Shown: piece by piece, positions 27,120 to 40,859 of the stretch
How positions within the stretch are numbered: position 1 is the stretch's first letter
Layout of the letters: the number at the start of each line of letters is the position of its first letter
NCBI GenBank assembly: GCA_976551045.1
Contig: CDPCPM010000056.1
Span: 29,760,001-29,824,000 of the forward strand
Length of the DNA stretch: 64,000 bases
Origin: Glaucostegus cemiculus
Taxonomy: Eukaryota
Direction of reading: 5' to 3'
Notes under the pieces: model-generated
Seen by the model: the letters and a program-made list of their open reading frames with translations, nothing else
Databases searched by the model: none
Told to the model about the DNA's origin: nothing
Translations under genes and position numbers: made by a program

Positions 27120-27245
27120 GCATATCACATGACCTGACAAAGTCCACCCAATTGGTTAGGTTTTCAGCTAAGTACAGCCGCCATGTAAGGAGCTGCAAGC
27201 TGTATTCTGTTCTGGGGACTTAAAATGGCGGCCTAGTAGTTCGGC
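27120..27245. promoter_or_regulatory. Promoter-like motif cluster (E-box, CCAAT, two YY1 motifs)
   Basis: TCACATGAC 27125-27133, CCAATTGG 27148-27155, GCCGCCATGT 27177-27186, AAAATGGCGGC 27222-27232; CpGs locally retained in repeat-free sequence. Confidence 0.55.
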
Positions 27246-29994
27246 AAAATGGATAAAGTGAGCCCAAAGACCCTTTCTGAACCTCATTGCTAAAAAAAAC
27301 CAAAGATTCGGGGAGGGGAGTGGGAAATATAGCAGACCTGAGTAAAACCAGATTTTCTCAGAATTCAAAATTACAACACAGCACACAGAAATAAGTGCTG
27401 ACAAGGTTCCAAAATCTGCTTCAGTCGGAAGGAGTAGGTGAAAAACACAGAGCACACTGACCTCATTACAAAAAATTACTGTACTTCAACAAAAAAAAAG
27501 CAACAGTGAATTTGAATCACTTTGACTGTCTGCCATTTAGAACTAAGAGGCTTGAATGCTGTCTGCTACATGAAACCACTGACACTCGTGATTTTTTTAA
27601 TAAAGGGCACATCTACCTTGGCTCAAACCCACAATCACCCAACACAGACCTGACCAGTCGAAAAATGCACATCTTTATGTGCAAATATTTTACTCTGGCT
27701 GAAGTTCAAACAGCCAAAAGAGACTGCCAGACACAACAGTGAAACAAGGAGCAAGAGAAAGTAGCCCAGCCAGGGCAACTGGCAGATAAACAATCTGCAC
27801 TGATTTGCAAGTCTCTGACAGGCTTTTGCTATTGAATGATTTAGCCACCAGTCACAAGGTGCTCCCACCCTGTTATTTGTGGTTAATCTCTCCAACAAGA
27901 AGCCTTGTCACAGTTAATAGCTAACCAACAAACTTGCAGTCTATTTTTGCTGCAACGCTTTCTTAGCTTGCAAACAGCTATGTAGTCACAGCCTATGTGG
28001 GCAGAACTATGAGTATAAACAATTAACCCTTTAGGAAGAAGTACATTTCAAGATCAAATGAGTCACTGTGAATCTCAACAGCAGATTATCAGAATGCAAT
28101 ACAATGTACAATCAGGACCATCACACTTTGTTGACACTTGTATCTCCAGTGGATGTGGCAGGCTTACACCAGGCATGGCCAGATAAGAACCAAGACAGCA
28201 GATGTACATTATTCAAAAGTGCATATCCTGTTCATACAACATCCCTTACAGAGGTCACATTCAGTTCATGTGAGGGTGATCCCAAATCAACAGAGTTTGC
28301 TTTGGATTTTCAGGTTGTGTGCACAGCATTGTCAATTACAGGTTGGACTGATGTATTGCACTTGTATTTTATACTGCAAACAGGAAATTTGCCTCCAGCA
28401 TTTACACCAGCTGATTGCAAATCTCTACACACTTCCAAAGCAACTGTAAGGTCATGTGCTGGAAGTCGCCACTCATTGTCGTAACAAATAGCCCTGTGTT
28501 GGTTATTAGTGACAATTTAATGCCTATCAGCTGCAGGCTTAAAATTAAATGCAAAATATCTGACTCCCTCGCAAACTAGATTTTACATTGTGGCTGTGCA
28601 GTAAAACGTGAGAACATATCTGATCCACATGGCCTCCAACTGTTCCAAATCCAAGGATAATAATTGGTTGATCAGAATTATTTCTGCTTTGGTTGAACTA
28701 AACTTCAATGGAATGAGGATCAGATGGTTTTTACCATGAGTAAGCAATCAATTTTGATCAATTTCTGCCAAGCAACAAAGACATGGTTTTTAAAGGAATG
28801 GTCCAGATAGTTTATTCATTGTTGATTTCTATCATTCCTGTAAACTATTTTAGTAGAAGTATTCATATCCTTAAAATTGAGAATACAATTGATATAAATG
28901 TGTTAAATGTCCATATAAAACTTGTACAATTTCATTTCCAGTAACTGAAGTCAACTTGTTAAAACTTAAGCTAACCATCTATTTATCAAATAAACTAATC
29001 AGGTATTCTTAATGAAAGCCAGAGAGAACCTGAACTCTCATGATTTCTAAAGCTTTATAGCATAACTGATTTCTGCTGAAATTTATGTTCCACATGAACC
29101 TCCTCTCCACCTTCATTATCAAACCTCTGTGACCCAAGTCTGGTGATTTCCCTATTAGGGAGTAACAGTTCAGGTGTCTGATTTTAATTGTAACTGCTCC
29201 CATCACATGCCTTGGAACCCTGTTACACATTAGGGAAGCTGTAAGTTTTTATTATTGTTATTTCCATTAATAGTTTTTTTTATTTTGTACTTTTAATACA
29301 CTTGAACTGCTAGAAAATCTTGCTCTTTTCTACCTAATAACTTGTAATCATAAAGATGGTGGCTTAAACTAAATAACAATGAGGGAGATTAGAAACATGA
29401 ATGATTGCAAAAGTACTTATATTCGAGCTGGTAAGAATATGGCAGAAACTCAATGTACCACACTTTTTCAAAAAAGCATCAGAAAATATTGGATAACAAA
29501 GTGACATAAGAAATCATGGACCAAGATAAAATAAATCATCACAACTATTTGCAAAGCCATCATAGACTCCATTCCACTTATTTAGTATGCTATGGGTCGT
29601 CCAAACTTCCTTCCTGATCACTGAACACCCTGGTAGAAATATCCATCCTATACCTCACCTATTTAATCCTGAATTTTTTTATCCATTGACATGGAACTAG
29701 TGCAAGACTGGTACAATTTTCAGCTAGAGAATCTTTGGTGTTCTCGGTCTATCACTATCCCTAGATGACCCAAAATTAGTTTTAATTAGAAATTAGCTGA
29801 CACACTAAGTAGATTTTTTTCCTGGAAATCTGTTCTGCATTTTCACTTCTTATTTTGGAAAACTACCTTTTCCAACTTCATAAGTTACTTGAAGCTTCTT
29901 ACTTTTACTACAATCTTCTGACTCACAATCCAAGGTAAGCAGTTGATTAAAATCTACAACATCAATGTTTTGCAACATCAAGAAAATCATAAAA

Positions 29995-31480
29995 AGGTTA
30001 CAATATGGAAAGAGGTCATTCAACCTACTAAGTTTGCAGCAGGTCAATGTAACAATTCCACGAGTCCTATCACCCACCCTTTACCCATTGCCCAACATTA
30101 CTTTTCTCCCTCAAGTATATAGCCATTTCCCTTTCAAACGCCACAATTTAATACAACTCCACAACTCTGCCTGGTAGTACATGCCAGGTCCTAACCACCT
30201 GCTGCATAAAAAAAAGTTTTTCCTCAGGTCACTCTTGGTTCTTTTGACAGTCACCCTCATTTCTATGTCATTTGGCTGTTGACTCTTCTGCCAATAGGAT
30301 CAGTTCCCCTTTATCTATTCTTCCTAATCTTAAGTAGCTGTCAGATCTCAACCTCTTCTATTTCGAGGAATAAACTGCAGCTTCTCCATCTTATCTATGT
30401 AAATAATTCCTAGTGAACATCTTCTGTACTCTAAGACCTTAATATCTTTCCTAAATTGCACTGCCCAGAACAGGACACAATATTCCAGTTGAGATTAAAC
30501 CAAAGTTTTTTAAAGCTTATCCTTGACTTCTTTGCTCTTGTACACTCTGCATCTTTTTACAAAACCCTGGATGCCAAATGTGTTTTTTTATCCACTTTTG
30601 CAATTTGCCCTGTTGCTCTCAATGATTTATGTAGATATATTACCAGATCACTCTGCTATTGTACCCCTACTAGAATTGCGCCCTCTAGTTTATATTGCCT
30701 CGTCTTTCTCCCTTGCCATGTTCTGCTTTATATCTTATATGCCATGTGACCACCCATTCTATCAGCCTGCCTCGTTAAGTTTATTAACATTCCCACACTC
30801 CCCCACATAGTTCACTACATTTTAAGTTTTGTGTTTTCTACAAATCTGTAAATTGTTCTTATGTATTAGAAAAAAACTGTGGTTCTGGTGCTGATCCCTC
30901 AGGAACTCCACAGTACACTTCACTCCAGTGTTGATGCTAAGTCTGTTATGCTACACTTTAACATAGGCCTTTTGAAGGTCCACATATACCACATCTCTCG
31001 CACTGGCCCTCTCTATTTACCCAATTGAAAAGCTTTGTTAAATTACAAACTGGTGTTGGCTTTCCCTAATCAAGTCACACTTGACCATGTTGTTGATTCT
31101 GTCCTGATTGTTATTTCTTAAAGATTCTACCCTACCTTACAGACTAAGCCGACTGCTCTGTAGTTTCCAGATTTATCTTTGTATGCTTTTTTAAAGAAAG
31201 GTGTAATATTTGCAGTTCTCCAATCCTTGGGCTCTATCCCTTATGTATAGATGTTTGGAAGATAATGACAAATGCTTCCAGAATTTCCTGCCTTACTCCC
31301 CTCAGCAACCTGGGATGCATGACATCTACAGCAGTTGATTTATTCACTTTAGCTGCCTTTCCAGCAGCTCCTGATTATCTATTTTTAGCCCGTCCAGTAT
31401 CTCAGTTACATCTTCCTCTGCCAAGACTTCTGCAGCATCTTCCTCCTTGATAAAGCCAATGGAAAGTACCCATTTAATAC
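29995..31480 (-). mobile_element. Old, deleted CR1 LINE (3' end through RT)
   Basis: Terminal aagaggtcattcaacc; antisense motifs ccagaacaggacacaatattccag (LEYCV-FW) and gactaagccgactgctctgtagtttccag (GNYRAVGLV, cf. GNYRPVSL). Confidence 0.75.
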
Positions 31481-32689
31481 CCTACCTTTGACCTTCTCCT
31501 CTTTCCTATCATTCCTGAAAACTTTGATTCAAGAATATTCAGTACCCAAACCTGCCCTTTTTTCACCCATTCTCCACTTTTGTTGCATCATAATCCGACA
31601 TGGCTAATTGTGCTTGCAGCTCTTCCACTGTGTTTAATACGCTTTGTATACATGCACTGTAAACCTTCCTTAAACTTCCTTGTACTCTCACTTAGTCTGG
31701 GCCTATTTAAAACAGTACTATTTCTTGCTAAAGTGTTCCTTCATTCCTCGCCTTTTTGTTCTCCCTTACAATCAAACATTCTGGTGTCCACCTCCCTGCC
31801 AAATTAACATCAGGATTATATTAAGCTCAATTTCTTTTCCTCTTGAAGGTAAACAAATTCAGCTCCACACATCTAGAATTTTAAGTCTTAGAATCCTCCT
31901 TATTTATTTGCTTTGAATCACTCTTGTCACTAAAGTCTCCTTAAACAATGGCTCAGTTCAGGTTTTCAGAGAATAAGTGGGAAAACCTGAAAAATAAAGT
32001 TTCAGATTCAGTTCCTCAGTGCTATTCAATGACCCTTCCTGAAATTTTGTGCAAGTACAAAGGGAGACAGAGCTCAATTGTGAAGTTCCTTATCAAGTGA
32101 CTATCTGCTGAGCATTGTTCAAAAAGGGCTACAACTCACAATACTGCTAAACCTCTAGTGTGCATACTCATGCTATATAGTTAGATATGGAATTCAAGGA
32201 TCTTGATCCAATGATGGTGAAGAGCAGTATCCGCTGTTGACAGCATATACTGTGAACACAGTGCACCAGTGATGACAGAAGTCAGCATTAATTTCATTAA
32301 CAGGGACACTAAATAATTGGACTACTGTTCCCTAGGTATCAACCAGATCTCTCAGCCCTTTATCCAACCACTGAATGGATCCCCAACTCCCTCATTTGAT
32401 CACAGATCAGATCTATCAGCCCCTGACCTCAACATCGATCAGTTCCCATATCCATTTTCCTGACTGGTGACCAGATTCCACAGCTCATACCTGATTGCAC
32501 CAGGTTGGCACAGGAGATCTTTGTGGCCTGAATTAACACCAGAGAATGGCACTGATTTGGTGGTATTTCCAGACAGTTCTCAGCTCTGACAGAAGTAAGG
32601 AGCACTGCTTGGGGTATCATGGCACTGTGATGAATCTTAGATCATTTAAGGCATTGTGAACACCTTGTAGATCCTTTTTTCACAACAGA

Positions 32690-33015
32690 TTACATTTATA
32701 TGGTGCCTTTCATGACCCCAAGATCTCCTAAAGCACTTAATAGACAATTAGACACTTCTGTGGCAATGTAGGGAATAAAGTAGTCAATTTGCTCACAGCA
32801 AATTCTCATAATTAAGATGTAAACATTCAACACGAGGCAGCTACAAGCTAGCCTTCTTTCAACGGTGTTATTGAACCTTTTGTGTCCATCAGGGAGGACG
32901 GATTTTAATCTCCCCAATGAAAGAAAATATCTCCAACAGTGCAGCACCCTCTGCCCTGTACTGGAATGCAAGTCTCAATAATAGTCTCCTGTTTAGGAAG
33001 TTTGACTTGAACCCA
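32690..33015 (-). mobile_element. Deu-domain SINE
   Basis: ttacatttatatggtgcctttcatgacccc tail; tttaatctccccaatgaaagaaaatatctccaacagtgcagcaccctctg core; B-box-like gacttgaacccacaacctcctga. Confidence 0.75.
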
Positions 33016-33334
33016 CAACCTCCTGATACATTTAAGAATGCTACCAGTATCCTACAGCTAATATCAAAAAACTCTAGAGGCATCATTCAAAGGCACAACA
33101 ATAAATTTAATGCATTAATTTAATAATATTATTGTAAAATATGTGACTGGTTACTTTATTTTGGACATAAGAAATCTCTACTTCTGAAATAGAAAGTAAA
33201 TTAAGTTATTTGACTGGTTCAGCAAGAATTCCTAAGAATCAAATATTTAACCACTTTTTTCAAAATGCTATAACTGAACATCTACCAAAGGGTGCTGGTC
33301 TCCACTAGCTATTTTCGTTGCAACTTCACAGTCA

Positions 33335-33376
33335 ATGGCTAACATGGTGCACATGATGGCTAACATGGTGCACATG
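33335..33376. repeat. Perfect 21-bp tandem duplication
   Basis: atggctaacatggtgcacatg x2. Confidence 0.95.
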
Positions 33377-33839
33377 AGCATATTGGGCTTCCATTGCCTG
33401 CTGCCAATATAAACAGATGGAAGGGTAGAAGAACAATGTTTTCACAAAAACTGCAGATAATATTTGTAGTTTTAAGGCTAATAATCCCATGAAATTCAAA
33501 GATTGCCTGTGGTCAGATTTTCTCAAGGAATTTCCATGGACAAAATTCTAAATACAAAGTCAACAGTTTGATTATAGTCGTAATAGTTCAAATCTATCAA
33601 TATTTCTAAAGGAAGAGCTAGGCAGAACTGTAGTTTTCTAAACTTTTGGTAGTTAAAACAATGCTGTGCAATACTGGGAGAGTGACAGGATGTTAGATTT
33701 ATGACTTCACTAGTTTCTTAAAGTTGTTTTGCTGTGGACTTCAATTAACCACATTTAACTAACACAAAGAACATATTGCACCCTACAGATGGTTGGAATC
33801 CCTTCTGAATATTATATAAATTTTTGAAATGAGGTAAAT

Positions 33840-34680
33840 GTAAAAGATTCACAACAAGTAGGATCATTCTCTTCTAGCTAATTACTGCCAAATCAGTTTA
33901 CCCTTAATCATCAAAGTGATGAATGGTGTCATAAACAGTGCTATGAAGCGACATTTCTTCACCAATAACTTGCTGACCAATTCCAAATTTAGGCTACGGC
34001 CCAATAAAATTCACCAAGAACCTAAATTCCATAATGACTGCCCTCATCATTGAATGTTACATCAAGAAACCATGGTAAAACTGAGGTCAATGGGAATCAA
34101 GAAGTAAACATTTCAGTGGTTGAGACTCATACCCTTACACAAAGGTAGATGATTGCTGGAGATCCCAAACCCAGGATGTTGCTGTAAGAGTTCACCAGGG
34201 CAATGTTCTTATCCCAACCATCTTTGGATTCTTCATCGAAGATCTTCCTCCCAAAAATTTAGAAGTACTGAATATTCGCTAATGATTATACAGTGAAGGA
34301 AATGACGCCATCCATGTCTGCGAGTAGCAAGACCTGAATAGACTTCAGGCATAGTCTGACAACTAGTCAGTAACATTTGCATCACAAAAATGCCAGACAC
34401 CGACCAACTCTGATAAGAGCAAGTATAACCACTTACCCTTGAGATTCAATATCAATGTTGTTGCATTCCCAACCAACAACATCCTGAAAGTGACCACTGA
34501 CCAAAAACTCAGTTGGATCAGTCACATACATACTGCGGTTGCAAGAGCAGGTCTGAGGCTGGGTATTCTGGAGTCACTGATTCACCTCCTAACACACCAA
34601 AGTCATTCCACGATCTACAAAGCACAAGTCAAAACATTCTCCACTTGGCTGGAAGAACGCAGCTCCAACAACACTCAAGG
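33840..34680 (+). mobile_element. Degenerate RT-domain fragment of CR1/L2-group LINE
   Basis: Remnant motifs ANYCQISL (cf. NYRPISL), VHQGNVLIPTIF (cf. VPQGSVLGP) and IFAND (cf. FADD); track ORF 34439-34705 contains DQKLSWISHI. Confidence 0.75.
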
Positions 34681-36225
34681 TGGTTATGAATACTGGTCCA
34701 GTTAGCAATTTCCAAAGCCCAAAATCCTGCAAACAATTAAATTTATGGAACAACCTCATTCCCAAATCTATATATGCTTGCTGCATTGAATGTTCAACTC
34801 TTTAATTTGATTCAAAGATGGCAAAGGAATTCCCTCATATTTTAAACTACCAACTATGCTGCAAAAACATGAAGTGCATGATTCTAGCTTCATTCCATGG
34901 AATAGGCCATCAAGAGCTGAAACCATGGTGGAAGGCTAGTGATTACATTAATGTACAGTATGAAGCATCAACATGGAAGAAAGCATGTCACAATGGCCCA
35001 TTATATACACTTGCTATTGATAAGGATAAATGCAAAATAACTGTATCAAGATGACATCTTGTATTTCAATCCCAAAAGGGCAGAATAATCTGGGAAAGGG
35101 TATTTGTTGTTTTTTAAATTTAGATTATTAAAGACATCTGTTCAATAATCTAAATTCTTTCACTTCTGCAGTACAATTTTTCAAGACCCTGCTAACTAGA
35201 TTGTCCTTATCTCCTGTTGCATCATACTTTTACCACAAACCACAATAATCAGTGAGGCTGCCACATGGGTTTAACCAAGTAGCTTAGCGTTAAATGCACT
35301 GGGTTGAAGCAACTAGAATCTGCGTGAACTAAATTAATGAGGATAAACAAGGAACATTCTGTGTCTATCAAGCAAGCTGGAATTATTGCCCAAAGATTCT
35401 AAGTGCGCCTGACAATTCAGAGACTGAACAGAAATTCTTTAAACTACAACAAACAAATACCCTGGTGAAATTTTATTCTCCTGATGCTTGGAAGGAAATA
35501 AAATAAGGTGGTCAGGAAGAACTAGTGCAACAAGAATAATGCTGCAGCATAGCCCAGAGGAGACAAACTGTCAAGAAAATACTTGACTTCTAACCTTCTT
35601 ACAAATGTGTTACAGACATGAATACAAGAGGTGACTATCAACAATGAGGTGCTTTCAACATCAGCAAAGACCCAATTGTATATAGCATCTTCAAAGGCAA
35701 CACATAGGAGGGCAGCCTGAAGTAGTTACACTAAGGTATAAAGGTTGTTTCCAGCCTAATGATTATCTGCAGGACTTTGCTATTTACAGAGGTGTACTAA
35801 AAGACCATCAGCCATGCACAAAGCTGCCGCACATGCTCTCCCAAGATACTTTACAGGTACCTGCAAAAGCCGTGAATGCCAACAGGTGGATCACCTTAGT
35901 GCAGGGCAGCCTCAGAATAGCGGCAGAACCATTTACAAATCTTCCCTGGTTCATGAAAGAAGCAGGTTGGTCAATCAGATCCAAGCAAGTCAATGTTCAG
36001 TTCTCCACAGTTTCAAACTAATTCAATATTAAATTTGCCAATTTTTAGAAGCTCTGGTTCTCACTACGGGAAACATGTTATCAGTACCTTTAACATAATG
36101 AACAGAATAAAGAAGAATAATATAAAATCATTTGCAAATGTTCCTGAAAGTACCATAGTTCAGAGTTTGTAAAATTTGCTTAAAATGCATGGAATATTCA
36201 GTTTTTATTTCCATGTCCAGCATGG

Positions 36226-36415
36226 AAATAAAAACAGAAAATGCTGGGGGAAAGAAACACCATGTCAGGCAGCATCTGTGGTGAGGGAAATAGTGTTTCC
36301 AGTTGATGGCCTTTAGTCTGAACTGATGAAAGTTTCTCTACCTGATATATCAATGGTTTCTCCCTGCACAGATACTGCCTGAGTTGCTGAGCTTTTTCAT
36401 CATTTTCTGTTTTTA
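36226..36415. mobile_element. Penelope-like terminal fragment, inverted pair
   Basis: Perfect 15-bp inverted ends taaaaacagaaaatg / cattttctgttttta, plus tcaggcagcatctgtg / cacagatactgcctga. Confidence 0.8.
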
Positions 36416-37151
36416 ACAGAGTGTTACTGTCAAGGTTACTGTCCAACCAGCAATAAATTGCTGTGCTTGACAATATGTAGAAGCTAAATTAACATCAGAT
36501 GATCATTAGATAATCATTATTTACACAAAGTTCTGAAGATTTGTTTCCACTGTGTGCAAATTAATCTGGTTCTCTTACATCTAAGGATTTAGTAATTCCT
36601 TAGAGACAAATCCCCAATAATGTAATCAGCAGTGTCCATTTGTATATCTTTTCCAAAATTGATACTTAGGAAAGCATCACTAAAAGTTAAAGAATTCCAA
36701 GTATAATCTGTTCGTGCACTCAGAAAAGATTTGTTAATTCTTAGATTTCACTTTTGTGACTTTCCACAAATATCAACCTCATTTACTTACACGAAAAGAC
36801 ACCACATTCTTCTGTATACCCAGTTTATGTGCTGTATGATGAAAATTGTAGCCAAACTTAAAAATTGCAGTTCATTTCTTTAATGGATGGCATATATTTA
36901 CTAATGTCAACTGGAAAATACAATAGGAATCAGACAAAACTATTCCAGAAAGTTCATGATTGAAGAGAATGTATAACTATTTCCCTAATGAGTTTATAAA
37001 TGCATGCTGATGCAAAGCTCAATAATTTATAATCAACAGCATTAGTTTAAAGTGCAGCTGTTCCCATAGATTATTAACTTAATTGCCATTTTGCTGTTTT
37101 GTTTGTAAAGAATGTGAGTGATGCAGTTATACTAAGATCGTCAAGTCAAGC

Positions 37152-37710
37152 ACAAGAACACAAGAAAATAAGACTAGTAGGCCATCGAGCCCTTCAAGCC
37201 TGCCCCACCATTCAATGTGATCACGGCTGATCTGAGCTGACCTCAACAACTCTTCTGTGCCATCTCCCCATACCTCTCCATTCCATCAAATATTTATCCA
37301 CTTCCACTCTTCTACTCCTTATGATCCAGCTTACACCACCTGCCGGGACAGAGAATTCTACTCTCTGTTAGAAGAAATTTCTTTGCACTCGGTTTTAAAT
37401 GACTGGCCCCTTATCTTGAAAACATCCCAACATGTATCCTGACAAGCCCCTTAGGATCTCATCTGTTCGAATAAGGTCACCCCTCATTCTTCTAAACTCC
37501 AAGAAACACAGGCACAAACTATTTATTTGCTCGAGGTAGGAGAACCCAGGAATAAGCCTGGTGAAGCTCCTTTGGACAGCCTCTAATGTTTAAGTAATAG
37601 GACCATAAGAGTATGCATTATTCCAGGTGAAGACTCACCAATACCTTGTACTATTGTAACAAAACCTCCCTATTTTTAATTCCAACTCTTTTGCAATGAA
37701 GGCCAATATT
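37152..37710 (-). mobile_element. CR1 LINE 3' part (host of nested insertion)
   Basis: acaagaacacaagaaa...gtaggccatcgagcccttcaagcctgc terminus; degenerate antisense ORF2 up to ggccaatatt. Confidence 0.8.
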
Positions 37711-38776
37711 GGTAAGTTGGTTTATTGTTGTCACATGTACTGAGGTACAGTGAAAAACTTGTCTTGCATACTGTTCATACACATCAATTCATTACAACAG
37801 TGCATTGAGTTAGTACAAGGTAAAACAATAACAGAATGCAGAATGAAGTGTTACAGTTACAGAGAAAGTGCAGTGCAGGTAGAAAATAAGGTGCAAGGTC
37901 AGAATGAGGTAGATTGTGAGTTCAAGAGTATCATCTTAGTGTTCTAGGTAACAGTTCAATAGTCTTATAACAGCAGGATAGAAGCTGTCCTTGAGCCTGG
38001 ATGTATGTGCTTTCAGGTTTTTGTACCTTCTGCTCAATTGGGGGAGGGGGGGAAGGGAAAAGAGAGAATGTCTGAGGTGGGTGGTGTCTTTGATTACATT
38101 GGCTGCTTTACTGAGGCAGTGAGAAGTATAGACAGAGTCCATGGAGGGGAGGCTGATTTCTCTGATGTGCTGAGCTGTGTCCACAACTCTGCAGTTTCTT
38201 GTGGTCACAGGCAGAGCACCTGCCATACCAAGCCACAATGCATCTGGATAAAATGTTTTCCTTGGTGCATCGATAAAAACTGGTGAGGATCAAAGGGGAC
38301 ATGCCAAATTTCTTTAGCTTCCTGAGGAAGAAGAGGCACTGGTGAGCTTTCTTGGCTGTGCTGTCAATGTGGTCAGATCAGGACAGGCTATTGGTGATGT
38401 TCACTCCGAGGAACTTGAAGCTCTCAACCCTCTTGACCTCAGCACCACTGATGTAGACAGGAGCATGTGCACTGCCCCCCCCCCCCCCCCCCCGAAGTCA
38501 ATGACCAGCTCTTTTGTTTTGCTGACATTGAGGGAAAGATTGATGTCAATACACTATGTCACTACGCTCCCTATCTCCTTCCTGTACTCCAACTTATTAT
38601 TTGAGACATGGCCCACCTTGGTGGTATCATCTGCAAACTTGTAGATGGAGTTAGAACATAATCTAGCCACACAGCTGTGAGTGTATAGGGAGTAGAGTAA
38701 GGGGCTGAGGACATGGCCTTATGGGGCACTAGTGTTGAGAATAATCACGGCAGAGGTGTTGCTGCCTATCCTTACT
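37711..38776 (-). mobile_element. 5'-truncated Rex1/Babar-type LINE
   Basis: Minus-strand motifs AP*GHVLSPLLYSLYTHSC, YKFADDTTKVG, LTSFYRCTKENILSRCIVAWYG and TSRLKDSFYPAVIRLLN; 3' end gtacatgtgacaacaataaacc. Confidence 0.9.
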
Positions 38777-39485
38777 CAAAATGCGATTTGCTTCTTAACT
38801 ACTTGTTGAACCTTTGTTAGCAAGTTGTGGTTCATACACTTGCAGTCTCTCTGTACTTCACTCACTTGCAGTCTCTCTCCATTTATATAGTAATCTGCCC
38901 ATTTTATATTTCTTACAAAGGTGCATGACCTCACACTTCCCCACAAATAACTCCATTTGCCAGTCTTTTGCCCACTCACTCGAACTATCTGTATCTCTTT
39001 GCAGATTCACAGTATCCTCATCACGACATGCCTTTCCACCTGGTTTTGTATCATTGGCAAATTTGTCCAATGCCTTTTTGGGAATCTAAATACACTACAT
39101 CAACAGGTTCCCTCCATCAACTCTCCTGGTCACATCCTCAAAGAATTGAAGTAAATTTGTCAAAAATAGTTTACCTTTCATAAATCTATGTTGATGCTGT
39201 TTAATTATATTCCATTTCCAAATTGATTAGTTATTTTCTCGTTGATTATTGACTTTAGCATCTTAACTGTAATAGCTGTTAAACTAATTGGCCTGGATTT
39301 CCCTGCCTTTTGTTTTTCCTCTTTTGAACAAGGGAGTCATATTGGCCATGTTCCATTCTTTGTGTACCCTCCGAAAAGGTGAGTTATAAAAAAATTCATC
39401 CTATGGGTCTATTATATCTGCAGCCACTTCCTTTAAAACTGCAGTGCACAGTCCATCAGCTCCTGGTGACTTGTTTGCCTTTAAC
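38777..39485 (-). mobile_element. CR1 LINE 5' continuation of the 37152-37710 copy
   Basis: Track ORF 38858-39070 (KFANDTKPGG...EWAKDWQMELFVGKCEVMH); sequence resumes where the 37710 part stops. Confidence 0.8.
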
Positions 39486-40859
39486 CCCCCTAAAACTAAT
39501 AAACCATAATTTGGAATGCATTAACAAGCACACAAATATCAGAATGAGAACAGTCGAGACATAAAATCATGGAAGAATCTAAATTAATAATGAATTCAAT
39601 GTAATAGGTAATACAAAAGAAAAAAATTGTAAAAATCTCATGCCCTGAGTAACAATGATACAAAAGACTTTTGAGCCAGGTGTACTACTTCATTGAACAC
39701 ACGCTCAGTAGTGAAACTATAGATCAATTGGAAGGTAAGCCAAATCCTGAAAATATTCTGAACAAGAATCAAAGGCCAAGCATTATCTCAGCTGGTTTTG
39801 ATGGTACTAAGGACATCTGTTACTCTGAAAATATCTGAATCCTTGATATAGGGCAAAAGTTTTCATCTTTGTACTTTCTGCTAATTAGATGCTGCTGCAC
39901 AAGGATCAAGGTTACTTTTGGAAGAGACAGTTGTGTCCTCTCAGAATGGGGCCAAGGAAATGTCTAATTCAGTTAAGTACCAATTCCAAAAGTCAATGTA
40001 CAAGCTAGTCATAGGTTATGAATAGGTTTCATTTTTACAATCATCCATAAGTCGATTTTCTCAGAAAATATACAAAACTCACTCTCTATGTTAATCATAC
40101 CTCCACAATATTGTAACCAACAGCATCAAAAGCACACAAGGCTAATAAAAAAGAAAAACTGCTTAAAGTGGAGAGAGAGTGGAAACTAGTTCTGAAATGA
40201 AGATATGTACGTATGGCAGACTTTTGAATTTAATATTATGGGAACTCGTCCATATGTACAGGTGTCCATAAGTTAGGTGTTCATAACACAGAGATAGACT
40301 ATATTCAATGCTGTGTAAGCAGAGATACACAAGTTCACTTCAAATGTACAATTATCCTCCTTTGTAAGAAAGTTTTTCATATATTACAATGATTTTGTGG
40401 CAACTGTCAATTATGATTACCATTGACTTCTACTATATCACACTTCTGTCTATTTTGTAAATATCGGAAAACACAATGCTTCATGTCATGGCGAGATGTT
40501 TTAGTTAAAAATAGAAAATGAACCAGCTGGATTGATTCCATCATGATTTACTAATGAATATCAGTAAGATAATATTCACTGCATAATCAGATGCCTCGAT
40601 CCATATGTTAACTTTATTATAACTAATGCTGGTGCCAATGGGCAAAACTGAATGAACAAAAATGAAAATGCATCATGAACTTTAAGACCAACATTAATAA
40701 TAATATCTGGCTTTGAAGGGGTATTACAATCTCTGAAAGTACATTCAACTGTGCACTATTTTCAACAGCATTGTTACCTGTTACACAAATTTGTGCAAAT
40801 ACATAAAAATAATGCAGTTACACATCACCTGTCCCAACATATCCATAAATAGTTTTAAG

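Noticed and set aside
33917-33976. GTGATGA...CTGA, C/D snoRNA-like boxes
   Set aside because: Lies inside the LINE RT coding remnant; no terminal stem.
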